The translations under genes were made by a program, and so were the position numbers. A DNA stretch of 32,105 nt from NCBI GenBank assembly GCA_964464985.1, contig CAYXJQ010000066.1, positions 1 through 32,105 of the forward strand, read 5' to 3'. Below, piece by piece: positions 9,524-19,709 of the stretch (within the stretch, counting starts at the first letter, position 1; every line of letters begins with the position of its first letter). The notes beneath the pieces were generated by a model, which saw only the letters and a program-made list of their open reading frames with translations, was not told the DNA's origin and made no database searches. Source of the DNA: an uncultured Pseudomonadales bacterium. GTDB lineage: Bacteria; Patescibacteriota; Microgenomatia; UBA1400; PJMF01.

Positions 9524-9840
9524 AGTTCCTTTCTCAAAGCTAAAATTAGCTTGCTAATTTTTTTACCTTTTTTTGTAAGAGAATAGTAGACTCGTCGACC
9601 AGTTTTTTTATTTTCAATTAAGCCCATTTTTTTTAAGTCTGCCAAATGATGGGATAAAAGACTTTGAGACATAGATAGGGGCTCAAACATTTCACAAACA
9701 CAACAACTATTCTTTCCAAGTAAACAAAAAATCTTTAAACGATTCTCTTCAGCTAATAACTTTAAAACTTCAGTAAGTTTAGAAATTTCGCTAGATTCTT
9801 TGCTATTCAGTGAACAACATTTATATGAACGCATATTCAT
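9520..9840 (-). CDS. ArsR/SmtB family metalloregulatory transcription factor
   Basis: The CCVCEM metal/arsenite-site-like motif is followed by the wHTH MSQSLLSHHLADLKKMGLI. The track ORF begins at TTG 9870. ATG 9840 is preferred because AAGAGG lies about 10 nt upstream of it. Confidence 0.8.
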   Translation of the reverse strand: MNMRSYKCCSLNSKESSEISKLTEVLKLLAEENRLKIFCLLGKNSCCVCEMFEPLSMSQSLLSHHLADLKKMGLIENKKTGRRVYYSLTKKGKKISKLILALRKEL

Positions 9841-9882
9841 ATATAATACGCCTCTTTTAGAAAACTTCAAGTGAATTAAAAA

Positions 9883-11724
9883 CTATCTAACCAAATCCCA
9901 CTCCTTGAGTTTTTCACTATCGCCAGATTGAATTTTAAATAAACTTGCATATAAACCATCTTCTTTAAGTAGTTGTTGGTGAGTTCCTTGTTCAAATAAG
10001 TGTTTGTCTTTAAGAACAATAATTTTGTCTGAGCGCTGAACCGTTGATAAACGATGAGCAATAATAATAGAAGTCCGACCCCTCAAAACTTCGCCTAAAG
10101 CCTGTTGAATATACATTTCTGATTCCGAATCTAAAGCACTGGTTGCCTCGTCTAAAATAACAATTTTAGGATCACGCAAAATTGTTCTAGCCAAAGACAG
10201 TCTTTGTCTCTGCCCACCTGATAATTTAATTCCTCGCTCACCAATGGTAGTTTTTAAACCCTTATCTAGCTTCTCAATGAATTCATCCGCTCGAGCAATT
10301 TTACAAGCTCGCCACATTTCTGCTTCACTAGCGTCAGGCTTAGCGTATTTGAGATTTTCTTCAATTGAACTAGCAAAAAGATGAGCATCCTGACTCACTA
10401 AACCCATTTGAGCACGCAAGTCATACTGACTAAACTTTTTAATATCAATACCATCTAATAAAATCTTTCCCTGATCTGGATCAAAAAAACGCATTAACAA
10501 ACTGGCAATAGTAGTTTTTCCCGCCCCAGAGGGCCCAACAAAAGCTGTAACCTTGTCTGATTCAATACTAAAGTTAACTTTATCAAGAACCTTTAAACCC
10601 TGATTAATTTTTGAATCTACACTAATTGCTTTGCTTTTGATCTCTCCTTCTTCTTCATAATGTTTATCAAAATAATCACGCATGTTCTGCCTATAAGTAA
10701 AAGATACTTGATCAAAAACAATTTCTCCACGCAAATTTTTAATCGGAATAGGCTTGGGCGGGTCAACTACTTCTGGCTTAGCATTCATAATTTTGAAAAA
10801 ATCTCGAGCTCCAATTTGTGCTCGCTTCACTTCCCAAAAAATCCAATTAATTTGCCAAAGCGGTTGACGAATCATTTGAATTAAGCCAACCAATAAAATT
10901 AAGGTGCCAATGGTAATTTGACCCTGCCAGGTCATATAAACAATGTAGGCATACATTGACCAACTCAATGATTCTAAGATAATGTCACCGGCTATTGAAC
11001 GGTTGGTATTTTTTTCCATTTCTGTACGAATATCGATTATTTTTTTGAAAAAAATTTTCAGTTTATTTTTTTCAAATTCTTCAGCCCGAAAAGCTTTAAT
11101 CAACTCCATTGAACTTAAAACTTCCCAAAAATGAGCATATTGCTTGTCATAGAGACTATATTCTCTCTTTTCTAACTTGTTGTTTTTTTCAAAACGCCAA
11201 CGATTAATAGCTACGTAGGGAACAAATGCTAAAACCGTTAACACTCCAATTCGCCACTCATAGTACAGAACAATTGAAAAAGAAATAATAGCAGTAGTTA
11301 CGCTAGGAATAAAATGCATTCCCGAGTTATTAACAATCGAAGTTAAACGATTCACTCCTCTATCTAATTTGCTCATTACTTTGCCAGTCTCCTGTTCATT
11401 AAAAAAAGACAAAGACAATTTCATTAAATGATCAAAACCTAATTGCTTTAGACTCGACTCGAATTTAATTACAAAAACATTGGTTAAATACCACGACAAA
11501 CGATTAAGTCCTGATTGAATTAATTTTACTAGTAATAGTACTGCTAATAAAATTGCAATATAGTTAAAAACCCCTTGAGTTTGGTTTTCTACCAATTGAT
11601 CAGTAATGGCTTTGGTAATAAAAGGTTCAATTTGACTAAGCAGCGCCATAATCACAATTAGAAAACTAATAAAAATTAGTGTTTTTCGATAAGGCCTAGT
11701 GTATTCTAAAATTTTTTTAAACAT
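9883..11724 (-). CDS. ABC transporter, fused permease/ATPase (type I exporter, MsbA-like)
   Basis: Six-helix TMD followed by Walker A GPSGAGKTT, signature LSGGQRQR, Walker B IVILDEATSALD and H-loop IIAHRLST. Confidence 0.9.
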   Translation of the reverse strand: MFKKILEYTRPYRKTLIFISFLIVIMALLSQIEPFITKAITDQLVENQTQGVFNYIAILLAVLLLVKLIQSGLNRLSWYLTNVFVIKFESSLKQLGFDHLMKLSLSFFNEQETGKVMSKLDRGVNRLTSIVNNSGMHFIPSVTTAIISFSIVLYYEWRIGVLTVLAFVPYVAINRWRFEKNNKLEKREYSLYDKQYAHFWEVLSSMELIKAFRAEEFEKNKLKIFFKKIIDIRTEMEKNTNRSIAGDIILESLSWSMYAYIVYMTWQGQITIGTLILLVGLIQMIRQPLWQINWIFWEVKRAQIGARDFFKIMNAKPEVVDPPKPIPIKNLRGEIVFDQVSFTYRQNMRDYFDKHYEEEGEIKSKAISVDSKINQGLKVLDKVNFSIESDKVTAFVGPSGAGKTTIASLLMRFFDPDQGKILLDGIDIKKFSQYDLRAQMGLVSQDAHLFASSIEENLKYAKPDASEAEMWRACKIARADEFIEKLDKGLKTTIGERGIKLSGGQRQRLSLARTILRDPKIVILDEATSALDSESEMYIQQALGEVLRGRTSIIIAHRLSTVQRSDKIIVLKDKHLFEQGTHQQLLKEDGLYASLFKIQSGDSEKLKEWDLVR

Positions 11725-11817
11725 AAATAGACGACTTTAGTTTAACAGCTACCAGAGTAAAAAGCCATAGTCAGCGCTTGTTTGCAACTCTTAATTTTGC
11801 TAGACTGAGTAGTAGTT

Positions 11818-14532
11818 ATGCCCAAAATTCCCTACTACACCATTTCTTATCAAGAAGTTTTAGAAAAACTCAACACCGATCCAGAAAAAGGCTTAAGTAA
11901 AAACGAGCTTGACAAAAGACGGATAAAATATGGTAGTAACGAGATTGCTGACGACAAACCAAAACATTTAATACTCAATATTCTTTGGCATCAATTTAAT
12001 AATCTCCTGGTTTTAGTTATGTTAATGGCAGCAGCCATTACCTACTTTTTGGATCATGCTCTTGACACCTATGTGATTTTATTTGTTCTCTTAATAAATA
12101 CCATTATCGGATTTATTCAAGAATATAAGGCCAACAAAGCAATTGAGTCTCTCAAAGAAATTATTGTCGCCACTAGCAAGGTTTATAGGGATGGACAACT
12201 CATTGAAGTTCCTTCTAAAAATTTGGTGCCTGGAGATATTGTTTTACTAGAAGAAGGAGATCGGGTTTCTGCTGACGGCAGATTGATTGAAGCTAATAAC
12301 CTACAAGTAGTTGAATCATCTTTAACTGGAGAGGCTTTTGCTGTTGAAAAAAGTACACGAGCTATGGCTAACAAAACCCCAATGACTGATAGAAAAAACT
12401 ATGTGTGGATGAGTACTTTTGTGGTTAGTGGTTTTGGTAAATTCGTAGTAACTGAAACAGGCAATAAAACTGCCATTGGTAAAATTGCTAAAACCCTAGG
12501 AGAAATTAAAAAGGAAAAATCTCATTTTGAAATAAAAACTGATCGTTTGGCAAAACAAATGTCCATTATTGCTATCTTTGGCGCTTTATTTACTTTTATA
12601 GTTGGCTACTTTTTTCGAGAAATGAGCTTTGCCGATATTTTCACCTTTGCAGTGGCTTCACTTGTCTCTGGTATTCCAGAGGGTTTACCGGCAGTTCTGG
12701 TTATCATCCTAGCTTCTGGAGCCAAAAGAATGGCTAATAAAAAAGCCATTGTACGCTCATTGCCTGCTACCGAAACTTTAAGCATTACCGATATTATTGC
12801 CACCGATAAAACTGGAACCCTTACTCAAAACAGCATGACCGTCCAAAAAATTTGCCTTAATAATCAGTCCTTTGTCGTTTCTGGTTCTGGCTGGAATCCC
12901 GAGGGTAAATTTTTTAAAGATGAAAAAGTCATTGACCCCCTAAAAAATTTTGCTTTAAAAAAATTAATTATGATTGCTGGATTAAATAGTCGAGCCCGTT
13001 TAATTAATAAAGGCAGTGAAAAAGAGCCTCATTACCAAATTAGTGGGGATCCAACTGAGGGTGCCTCAACCATTTTAACTTATAAAGCTAAGTTTAACGA
13101 TCAATTAAAAGAAACAAAAATCATTGATCATTTACCATTTAATCAAGAATTAAAATATAAGGCAGTTTTGGTTGAAGAAAATGAGAATAGGGAAGTTTTT
13201 GTTAGTGGGGCTCCAGAATCAATAATTGGACTATGTAGTAAACAACTGCTTGATAAAGAGGTTGGCAACTTTAATCAAAAAGATAAAGAAGAAGCCCTAG
13301 ACAAGGTTAAAAATTATTCTGCTCAAGCAATGCGCGTCATTGCCTTTGCGTACAAAAAAGCAACTGGTAAAAAGCGCAATTTATCGGTTGATAGCATCAG
13401 CGACTTGGTATTTGTTGGTTTTGTCGGAATGATCGATCCTCCTCGGGCAGGAGTAGCTGAAGCAATCAAAAAAGCCAAGGGAGCTGGTATTCGTGTAATT
13501 ATGAAAACTGGTGATCATAAAGAAACAGCCCTAGCAATTGCTAAGCAAATCGGCATTGTTGATGCCAAGAAAAAAAATGGTGAGTATTCTTTAGTGATGA
13601 CTGAAAATGACTTAGAAGCATTAAGTGATGAAGAATTTGATCAAGCCATTGAACAAGTATCCGTTTTTGCCAGATTAACACCAAACATGAAGTTGCGAAT
13701 TTTAGAAAGATTGCAAAACTTGGGCCATACAGTAGCAATGACTGGAGATGGGGTAAACGATGTATTAGCCTTAAAAAAAGCTAATATAGGGATTGCTATG
13801 GGTAAAATTGGCACTGATGTTGCTCGAGAAGCCAGCGATATTGTTTTGGCCGATGATAACTTTGCTTCACTAATTGATGCAGTCGAAGAAGGAAGGGTTG
13901 TTTTTGTTAACACTAGACAGGCCAGCGCTTTTTTAATCACTACCAACCTTGCTGAAGATTTAATTATTATTATTTCTATCGCCTTTGGTTTTCCATTACC
14001 ACTACTTGCTTCACAAATTTTATGGGTAAATTTAGTTACTGATGGCTTAGTAGATATTGCTTTAGCAGCAGAACCAGGACATGGGGATGTTTTGAGTCAA
14101 CCACCAAGAGCTAAAGAGGAAAATATTTTATCTAAAAAAATGTTGGGCTTTCTAAGCCCTATAGTTTTTTGTATGGTTGTTACTTCAATGTGGATGTTTA
14201 TTAGATTTTTACCTCAGGGAATTGATAAAGCTAGAACTGGAGCTTTCTTAGTTATTTGCCTTACTCAATTGATTAATATTTTTAACATGCGTTCTCTAGA
14301 TCGCTCTCTATTTAGCATTGGTGTGTTTAGCAACAAGTATGTGGTGGCAGCAGTAGCCGCATCATTGTTTCTTTTATATATAGCTATGACCAATAGCTTT
14401 TTAGTTAATATTTTTAATTTTGTACCACTAACCGGGATGGAGGTTTTAACAGGCGTACTTTTATCTAGCTCAGTATTTGTCGTTGGGGAATTATATAAAT
14501 TAGGAAAAAACTCAATTAAAAACAAAGAGTAA
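11818..14532 (+). CDS. P2-type cation-transporting ATPase (Ca2+-ATPase-like)
   Basis: TGES (LTGEA variant), the TM4 motif IPEGLP, the phosphorylation site DKTGTLT, KTGD (MKTGDH) and the hinge TGDGVNDVLALKKANIGIAMG. Confidence 0.9.
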   Translation: MPKIPYYTISYQEVLEKLNTDPEKGLSKNELDKRRIKYGSNEIADDKPKHLILNILWHQFNNLLVLVMLMAAAITYFLDHALDTYVILFVLLINTIIGFIQEYKANKAIESLKEIIVATSKVYRDGQLIEVPSKNLVPGDIVLLEEGDRVSADGRLIEANNLQVVESSLTGEAFAVEKSTRAMANKTPMTDRKNYVWMSTFVVSGFGKFVVTETGNKTAIGKIAKTLGEIKKEKSHFEIKTDRLAKQMSIIAIFGALFTFIVGYFFREMSFADIFTFAVASLVSGIPEGLPAVLVIILASGAKRMANKKAIVRSLPATETLSITDIIATDKTGTLTQNSMTVQKICLNNQSFVVSGSGWNPEGKFFKDEKVIDPLKNFALKKLIMIAGLNSRARLINKGSEKEPHYQISGDPTEGASTILTYKAKFNDQLKETKIIDHLPFNQELKYKAVLVEENENREVFVSGAPESIIGLCSKQLLDKEVGNFNQKDKEEALDKVKNYSAQAMRVIAFAYKKATGKKRNLSVDSISDLVFVGFVGMIDPPRAGVAEAIKKAKGAGIRVIMKTGDHKETALAIAKQIGIVDAKKKNGEYSLVMTENDLEALSDEEFDQAIEQVSVFARLTPNMKLRILERLQNLGHTVAMTGDGVNDVLALKKANIGIAMGKIGTDVAREASDIVLADDNFASLIDAVEEGRVVFVNTRQASAFLITTNLAEDLIIIISIAFGFPLPLLASQILWVNLVTDGLVDIALAAEPGHGDVLSQPPRAKEENILSKKMLGFLSPIVFCMVVTSMWMFIRFLPQGIDKARTGAFLVICLTQLINIFNMRSLDRSLFSIGVFSNKYVVAAVAASLFLLYIAMTNSFLVNIFNFVPLTGMEVLTGVLLSSSVFVVGELYKLGKNSIKNKE

Positions 14533-14573
14533 AAAAAATAATCTATTGAAATGTTATCCCAAGCCAGTTTAAA

Positions 14574-16514
14574 CTAGCTTATTTGTGCCAACAACTCACT
14601 CAAATTAGCCGTAGCTACACACACCACTTTGTCTGCCCCACCATAATAAACAAAGAGTGTACCTTTCACTATTACTGCTCCACATGGGAAAACTACATTA
14701 TTTACATCACCAATTCTTTCAAATTCTTCGGTTGGTTTTAAAATTGGATAAGGAGTACGATATAAAACCTTACCTGGATTATCACGATCTAACAACATAA
14801 AACCTACTCGATAATGGTGATCAATATCTGATACCCCATGATAGAGTAGCAACCATCCCTGATCAACTAAAAGTGGCGGACCGGCAATACCAATTTTGGC
14901 TCCATCCCAATATTCACTTCTAGGACCAATCGATTGTTCTTTTTCTAGCCACACTTCCTCACCCTGTAATTGATCTAAACTATCTAAATAATCAATGGCA
15001 ATTTCTTTACCACCCATACGATGTAAAATCACATAGCGACCTCTAATTTTTTCCGGCAAGAGACAACTGTTTTTATTATCACCCTCTGGAGAAGAAATTA
15101 GTTTGGGCTCCGACCACTGCCAATTGTGTTTTACAAAATCTTGAACGGCAATTGACGTCACAGCAACTCTAGGAGAATTAATTCCATCATAAGCTGTATA
15201 AAACATTAAAAATTCATCACCAAGGCGAGTGATGCGTGGATCTTCACAACCAGATAAACGCCCTGGTTCACTTTTTTGTTCAAAGGATTTTCTTGGAACA
15301 TAAATCGGTTCATGGTAACGCTTAAAATTAAAACCATCATCGCTTTCAGCCAAACCCAAAGTAGAAGTGTTGTCTGGGGACTGAGCTCGATAAACTAAAT
15401 AAAATTTTCCGTTTTCATAAACAGCTGCCGGATTAAAAACAGAATTGGCTTCCCAAAAATTTTCACTACGCGGAGTTAATATTGGATTACGATGGTATTT
15501 AACCAAGTGAAAGGCTTGCTTAAAAGAGTTATCTTTCATGTTTTTAATTAAATCGGCTAAATTAATTTCCGCCAACGCACAATGAGTGTCAGCTGCTCCA
15601 TAATATAGGCGTAATTTTTCACCTTCTACGACTGTTGATGAGGGGAAAATAACATTCGGCACCACACCTTCAGCCTCGTATTTCACTTTTGGTAATAAGA
15701 GAGGACCTTGAGTGCGAGCTAAAATTTGCTGAGGATCTTTTAAGTCTAGTAGAACTGCCTCAATACCAAAAATCCTTTTAGCTTCAATTGGATAATTTTG
15801 GATATGGGCATAAATCAAAAGCCAACCAGCATCTGTTTTAACAGGCACTGCACCCACTTCAATTTGATCAGTATCAATACGTTCTAAATTAATGCTATGT
15901 TGATCTAATTTTGTATACCATTTTTCCCAAAAACCAGGAGACCACATATCTGATAACTTATCAAATTTAGCTACAGCAATTACTGCCGGAGGACGATCAG
16001 TATTGGGGGTTAAAATAGCCACATATTGTCCGTTAATTTTTTCTGGTAATAGGGTCATAGCTTTAGCATTAAAATGCGTCACTAAATGTTTTTCTTCAAT
16101 AGTTTTCAAGTCTTTACTGATAGCAACTGCCACTCTAATCCCATCAGCTGTTGGAGGGTAATCAGAGAGCGCTGTATAGAAAATAAAGTACTTGCCATCA
16201 ATATAGGTAACCCGAGGATCTTCGCAGCCAAATTTTTCCCAATCATATTCGGGAATAATTAGCTGGCGCATATAATCAAAGTTAATTCCATCTCTACTTT
16301 CAGCATAAGCAATGCTCGATAAACTCATCTGATGACCCAAATGATTTTGTTCTTTGGACAAGGCTCGATAAAGAACTTGGTAAAAATCAGCATCTTTTTT
16401 AACCACGCTAGGATTAAACACCGCTCGGGCTTGCCATGGCCTGCTCGCATCAGGAGATAAAATAGGATTCTTTTGATGTCTTTCAAATTGAATATGAAAA
16501 TTATTTTTATTCAT
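14574..16514 (-). CDS. tandem double GH130-like (DUF377/beta-mannoside phosphorylase-like) glycosidase
   Basis: Two complete copies of the module (aa ~1-325 and ~335-646). Each has the NPIL(S/T)P...W...VFNP(S/A) opening, CEDPR(V/I)T and YYGGAD(T/K) motifs. Confidence 0.7.
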   Translation of the reverse strand: MNKNNFHIQFERHQKNPILSPDASRPWQARAVFNPSVVKKDADFYQVLYRALSKEQNHLGHQMSLSSIAYAESRDGINFDYMRQLIIPEYDWEKFGCEDPRVTYIDGKYFIFYTALSDYPPTADGIRVAVAISKDLKTIEEKHLVTHFNAKAMTLLPEKINGQYVAILTPNTDRPPAVIAVAKFDKLSDMWSPGFWEKWYTKLDQHSINLERIDTDQIEVGAVPVKTDAGWLLIYAHIQNYPIEAKRIFGIEAVLLDLKDPQQILARTQGPLLLPKVKYEAEGVVPNVIFPSSTVVEGEKLRLYYGAADTHCALAEINLADLIKNMKDNSFKQAFHLVKYHRNPILTPRSENFWEANSVFNPAAVYENGKFYLVYRAQSPDNTSTLGLAESDDGFNFKRYHEPIYVPRKSFEQKSEPGRLSGCEDPRITRLGDEFLMFYTAYDGINSPRVAVTSIAVQDFVKHNWQWSEPKLISSPEGDNKNSCLLPEKIRGRYVILHRMGGKEIAIDYLDSLDQLQGEEVWLEKEQSIGPRSEYWDGAKIGIAGPPLLVDQGWLLLYHGVSDIDHHYRVGFMLLDRDNPGKVLYRTPYPILKPTEEFERIGDVNNVVFPCGAVIVKGTLFVYYGGADKVVCVATANLSELLAQIS

Positions 16515-16523
16515 AAAAACTTT

Positions 16524-18167
16524 CTATTTTCTAAAAAGCCCCTTTTTGGCTAAACTTTTTTTATCTAACTTAGTAATAATAGTTGGCTCAACCTTAGCTC
16601 TGCCTTCTTTTTTGAGTTCAATTAAAAATTGTTCTAAATTAGCAGTAGCCACACACACTCGGGAATCTGCCCCACCATAATACACAAAGAGGGTTTGATC
16701 AATAATTACCGCTCCACAAGGATAAACAACCCCAGCTTTAAAACCATCATTTTCGTACCATTCTTGAGGCTGTAAAATTGGTTGGCTAGAGCGGTGCAAA
16801 ACCACACTAGGATCTTCTAAATCAAGTAACATTGCTCCCACCTTATATGGATGACCTTCTTTATCATCAATTGATTGATAAATTAGTAGCCAGCCGTCTT
16901 TAGTTTTAAGTGGAGGAGCTCCAACACCAATTTTTCGACTATCCCACCACAAAGCTGATCGTGGACTAATCTTCTTCTCACCTTTTAAATATTGTCCGTC
17001 ACTAAAATCCAAATCATCTCTAAAATCTATTAAAATATCTGGGAAAACACGATGAAAAACCACATATTTACCATTAATTTTTTCTGGCAAAATACAGGCA
17101 CTTTTGGTCACCAAACCTGGCTTTGAAATTAAAACTGGATGAGTCCATAGCCAGTTGTGACTTAAAAAGTCTTTAAGCGCAATTGAAGTTAAAGCAATAC
17201 GGGGTTCAGAATAACCATTAAAAGCTACATAGGTCATATAAATTCGATCACCAATTTTAGTTAAGCGAGGATCTTCACAACCACCACAACCAGCAGAAAC
17301 AAAAGCCATGTTAACCTGACCCGGTGTAACCGAACTTTCAAAGGGCTGAGTTGGAATAAAAATTGGTTTTTCCAGTTTTTGCTTAATGTTTAAACCGTCG
17401 ATGCTACTAGCATAACCGATTGAAGACACATAGTCGTAACCTTGAGCTCGATAAAGTAAATGAACTTTGTCAGCTTCGTAGAGCGCGGCTGGATTAAAAG
17501 TATTAAAGGACTCCCAATCATGGGCTGGCTCAGGACTAATTAGGGGATTAACCCTAGGTCTTTTAAGTTGAGACTTTTCTACAATTTCAAGTTGTTGAGT
17601 AATTCGATAACTAGGATAAATCGTTGCCCAAACTGCTTCATCTTCAACCAACCAATAAGCAATATACTGACCCTTAATCTCTAAAAGATCAATAAATTTA
17701 ATTTTCCTGCCAGCCACCTGATCATACATTTCCCAAACTGGTTGATGATGGCGCCAAATTAATTTAGGATCGTCTCCAGCGCTAAAACCAGCCACTCCCA
17801 CCTCATAAGCCTGATAGTTATGGTAGTGGTAAAAAAGCAATACCCCCTCAGAAGTTTTAAAAGCATTTTGCATGCTAATTTTAGAACGATCAATGAACTC
17901 ACTAGCTGGAGTCAACTGATTTGCGTAACAATCATGAATAAAAGACCGCCTTTTCTCCCTAAATCGAGGGTATTGTTTAACAACATCTTCTCTAACTCTA
18001 ACTTTTTCAAAGAGAAAGCCATCTCTACTTTTAGCCGATTTAACAATTTTACCCGAATTTTTATCTTGGATAATTAAATAGACTAAGTCCTGATATTCAC
18101 AAAAATAAACATTTTGAGAAATAGGCCTGTCTTTTTTTTGATAAAATAAGTCAAAAATCCTCAACAT
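16524..18167 (-). CDS. GH130-like glycosidase with divergent N-terminal domain
   Basis: The C-terminal ~340 aa carry NPLISPEPAHDWESFNTFNPAAL, CEDPRLTKIGDRIYMTY and FVYYGGADSRVCVATANLEQF. These are nearly collinear with the second module of the neighbouring gene. The N-terminal ~200 aa are weakly similar at best. Confidence 0.65.
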   Translation of the reverse strand: MLRIFDLFYQKKDRPISQNVYFCEYQDLVYLIIQDKNSGKIVKSAKSRDGFLFEKVRVREDVVKQYPRFREKRRSFIHDCYANQLTPASEFIDRSKISMQNAFKTSEGVLLFYHYHNYQAYEVGVAGFSAGDDPKLIWRHHQPVWEMYDQVAGRKIKFIDLLEIKGQYIAYWLVEDEAVWATIYPSYRITQQLEIVEKSQLKRPRVNPLISPEPAHDWESFNTFNPAALYEADKVHLLYRAQGYDYVSSIGYASSIDGLNIKQKLEKPIFIPTQPFESSVTPGQVNMAFVSAGCGGCEDPRLTKIGDRIYMTYVAFNGYSEPRIALTSIALKDFLSHNWLWTHPVLISKPGLVTKSACILPEKINGKYVVFHRVFPDILIDFRDDLDFSDGQYLKGEKKISPRSALWWDSRKIGVGAPPLKTKDGWLLIYQSIDDKEGHPYKVGAMLLDLEDPSVVLHRSSQPILQPQEWYENDGFKAGVVYPCGAVIIDQTLFVYYGGADSRVCVATANLEQFLIELKKEGRAKVEPTIITKLDKKSLAKKGLFRK

Positions 18168-18301
18168 TAATGGCAGGTCTTTACTAATAAAAACTAGTAT
18201 ATTGTTAACAATACCAGTATATATAGTTTCAAAACTAAAGACAAGAAGGACTTGAAAAATTCATTCAAGTTATTATTAAAAAAATTAAGAAACTAATCAA
18301 T

Positions 18302-18961
18302 CTAAAGCTCTAGAGTCCGAATAAGAGATTCGGAACTTCTTTGTTTTTCTAAATCATAGTCTAAGTAGTGAAGTCCATCTATATGAGTCATATAAAAACA
18401 ATAATCAAAGAGAGCGTCTCCACATAATGACTGAGTCGAAAAACAAAGTGGATCTTTAAACTCACCCCAAACAAAACCATCTCCCGAATTACCGGGATCT
18501 TCACGAACAAGAGAATCAAATCCCTCAATTTGAAAAGTAATTATGTCTTTTTGAATGTCTTCAACAACTAGGCTTAGGTTTTTCAAACAATCGTCATTTG
18601 AAGAAAGAGTGATTGTTTCTCCTATAGCATAATTTTGTTCTTGAAAAATAATATAAGCATCCTCGTCACTTTCAATTGCCTCTTGGTCAAAACTTCCAAA
18701 TTCATCAACAGAATTCGCTAAGCCTGGTTGGTCTATTGGAACTTGATAGAAATACTCGTTAATGAGAAAGCCAATCCAAAAACCAATAATTATAGTTAAT
18801 GAAAGTGATAAAATTGTGAAAAGTCTATTAGAGCTAGTATTTTCTGAGGTTCTGCCACCACCCATAGTTTGTCTATCGTCTACGTTTGAATCGGGGGAAG
18901 ATTCATTCGTTGAATTAGAAAAATTAGATTTAGACAAAAGGGCAGGGTTAAAATTTGTCAT
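18302..18961 (-). CDS. single-pass membrane protein, paralog 1 (function unknown)
   Basis: MTNFNPA start, S/N-rich cytoplasmic head, TM helix ending IGFWIGFLINEYFYQ, acidic Cys-containing ectodomain ending THIDGLHYLDYDL. Confidence 0.6.
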   Translation of the reverse strand: MTNFNPALLSKSNFSNSTNESSPDSNVDDRQTMGGGRTSENTSSNRLFTILSLSLTIIIGFWIGFLINEYFYQVPIDQPGLANSVDEFGSFDQEAIESDEDAYIIFQEQNYAIGETITLSSNDDCLKNLSLVVEDIQKDIITFQIEGFDSLVREDPGNSGDGFVWGEFKDPLCFSTQSLCGDALFDYCFYMTHIDGLHYLDYDLEKQRSSESLIRTLEL

Positions 18962-18975
18962 AGCTTAATGAAGCC

Positions 18976-19599
18976 TTACATTTCAGAATCAGGCAGAGGC
19001 ATAACACCCTCTTCCCCAAAACCATAATCCAAATGATGAACTCCATCTATGTTGGTTAGGGAGAAACAACGTTCAATGCGTACATCTGGACAAATTTCTT
19101 GAGTCAGCTCAACACAATCTTGATCTCTAATTTGCAAATCAAGCGTTTCTTCCACAAATTCTTCAGTATCTTCTATTGGATCTACCATATCCCTTTGTAA
19201 AGTGATTGAGTCTTCATTAATTGCTATTAAAACCATGGTTTCATCATCAACACATTGTTCTTCTGAAAGAAACGATATGGTTTCATTTAAATAAATTTCT
19301 TCGCCATTGAAAATAATAAATTGATCTTCCACAATCATCAGATCTTCTTCCAAATCCACAACTGGCTCTAAATCCTGTTCATTCATTTGATTCATCAAGT
19401 TTTCTTGATTTCTGACACTTTGATAAAAATAATCATTGGTTAAATAACCAATCCAAAAACCAACAATCATAGCCAATAAAATCACTAAAACCATCCATAA
19501 TTTAGAACCAGTACTTTGTGAGTCACCTGAATTATTAATAGCTGGTTGGGGAGAATTAGAAAAATCTCTTTGAGGGGTGGCAGGATTGATATTTGTCAT
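18976..19599 (-). CDS. single-pass membrane protein, paralog 2 (function unknown)
   Basis: Same architecture as 18302..18961: MTNINPA start, TM helix ending VGFWIGYLTNDYFYQ, acidic ectodomain ending TNIDGVHHLDYGF. TATACT lies 7 nt upstream of the ATG. Confidence 0.6.
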   Translation of the reverse strand: MTNINPATPQRDFSNSPQPAINNSGDSQSTGSKLWMVLVILLAMIVGFWIGYLTNDYFYQSVRNQENLMNQMNEQDLEPVVDLEEDLMIVEDQFIIFNGEEIYLNETISFLSEEQCVDDETMVLIAINEDSITLQRDMVDPIEDTEEFVEETLDLQIRDQDCVELTQEICPDVRIERCFSLTNIDGVHHLDYGFGEEGVMPLPDSEM

Positions 19600-19709
19600 A
19601 TCTTCCAGTATAGCAAAATTTTAAACACAACAACAGTCTGTTTCGATTAACAAATACTCCAACCAAACCATTCGACTTTCTATCTGGATTTTGTTAAAAT
19701 TAATCAATA

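Noticed and set aside
18250-18270. 7-bp hairpin ACTTGAA-aaattca-TTCAAGT downstream of the 18302 gene as a terminator
   Set aside because: No convincing U-tract follows it on the minus strand (CCTTCTTGTCTTT), and the stem is AT-rich, so the evidence is too weak to annotate.
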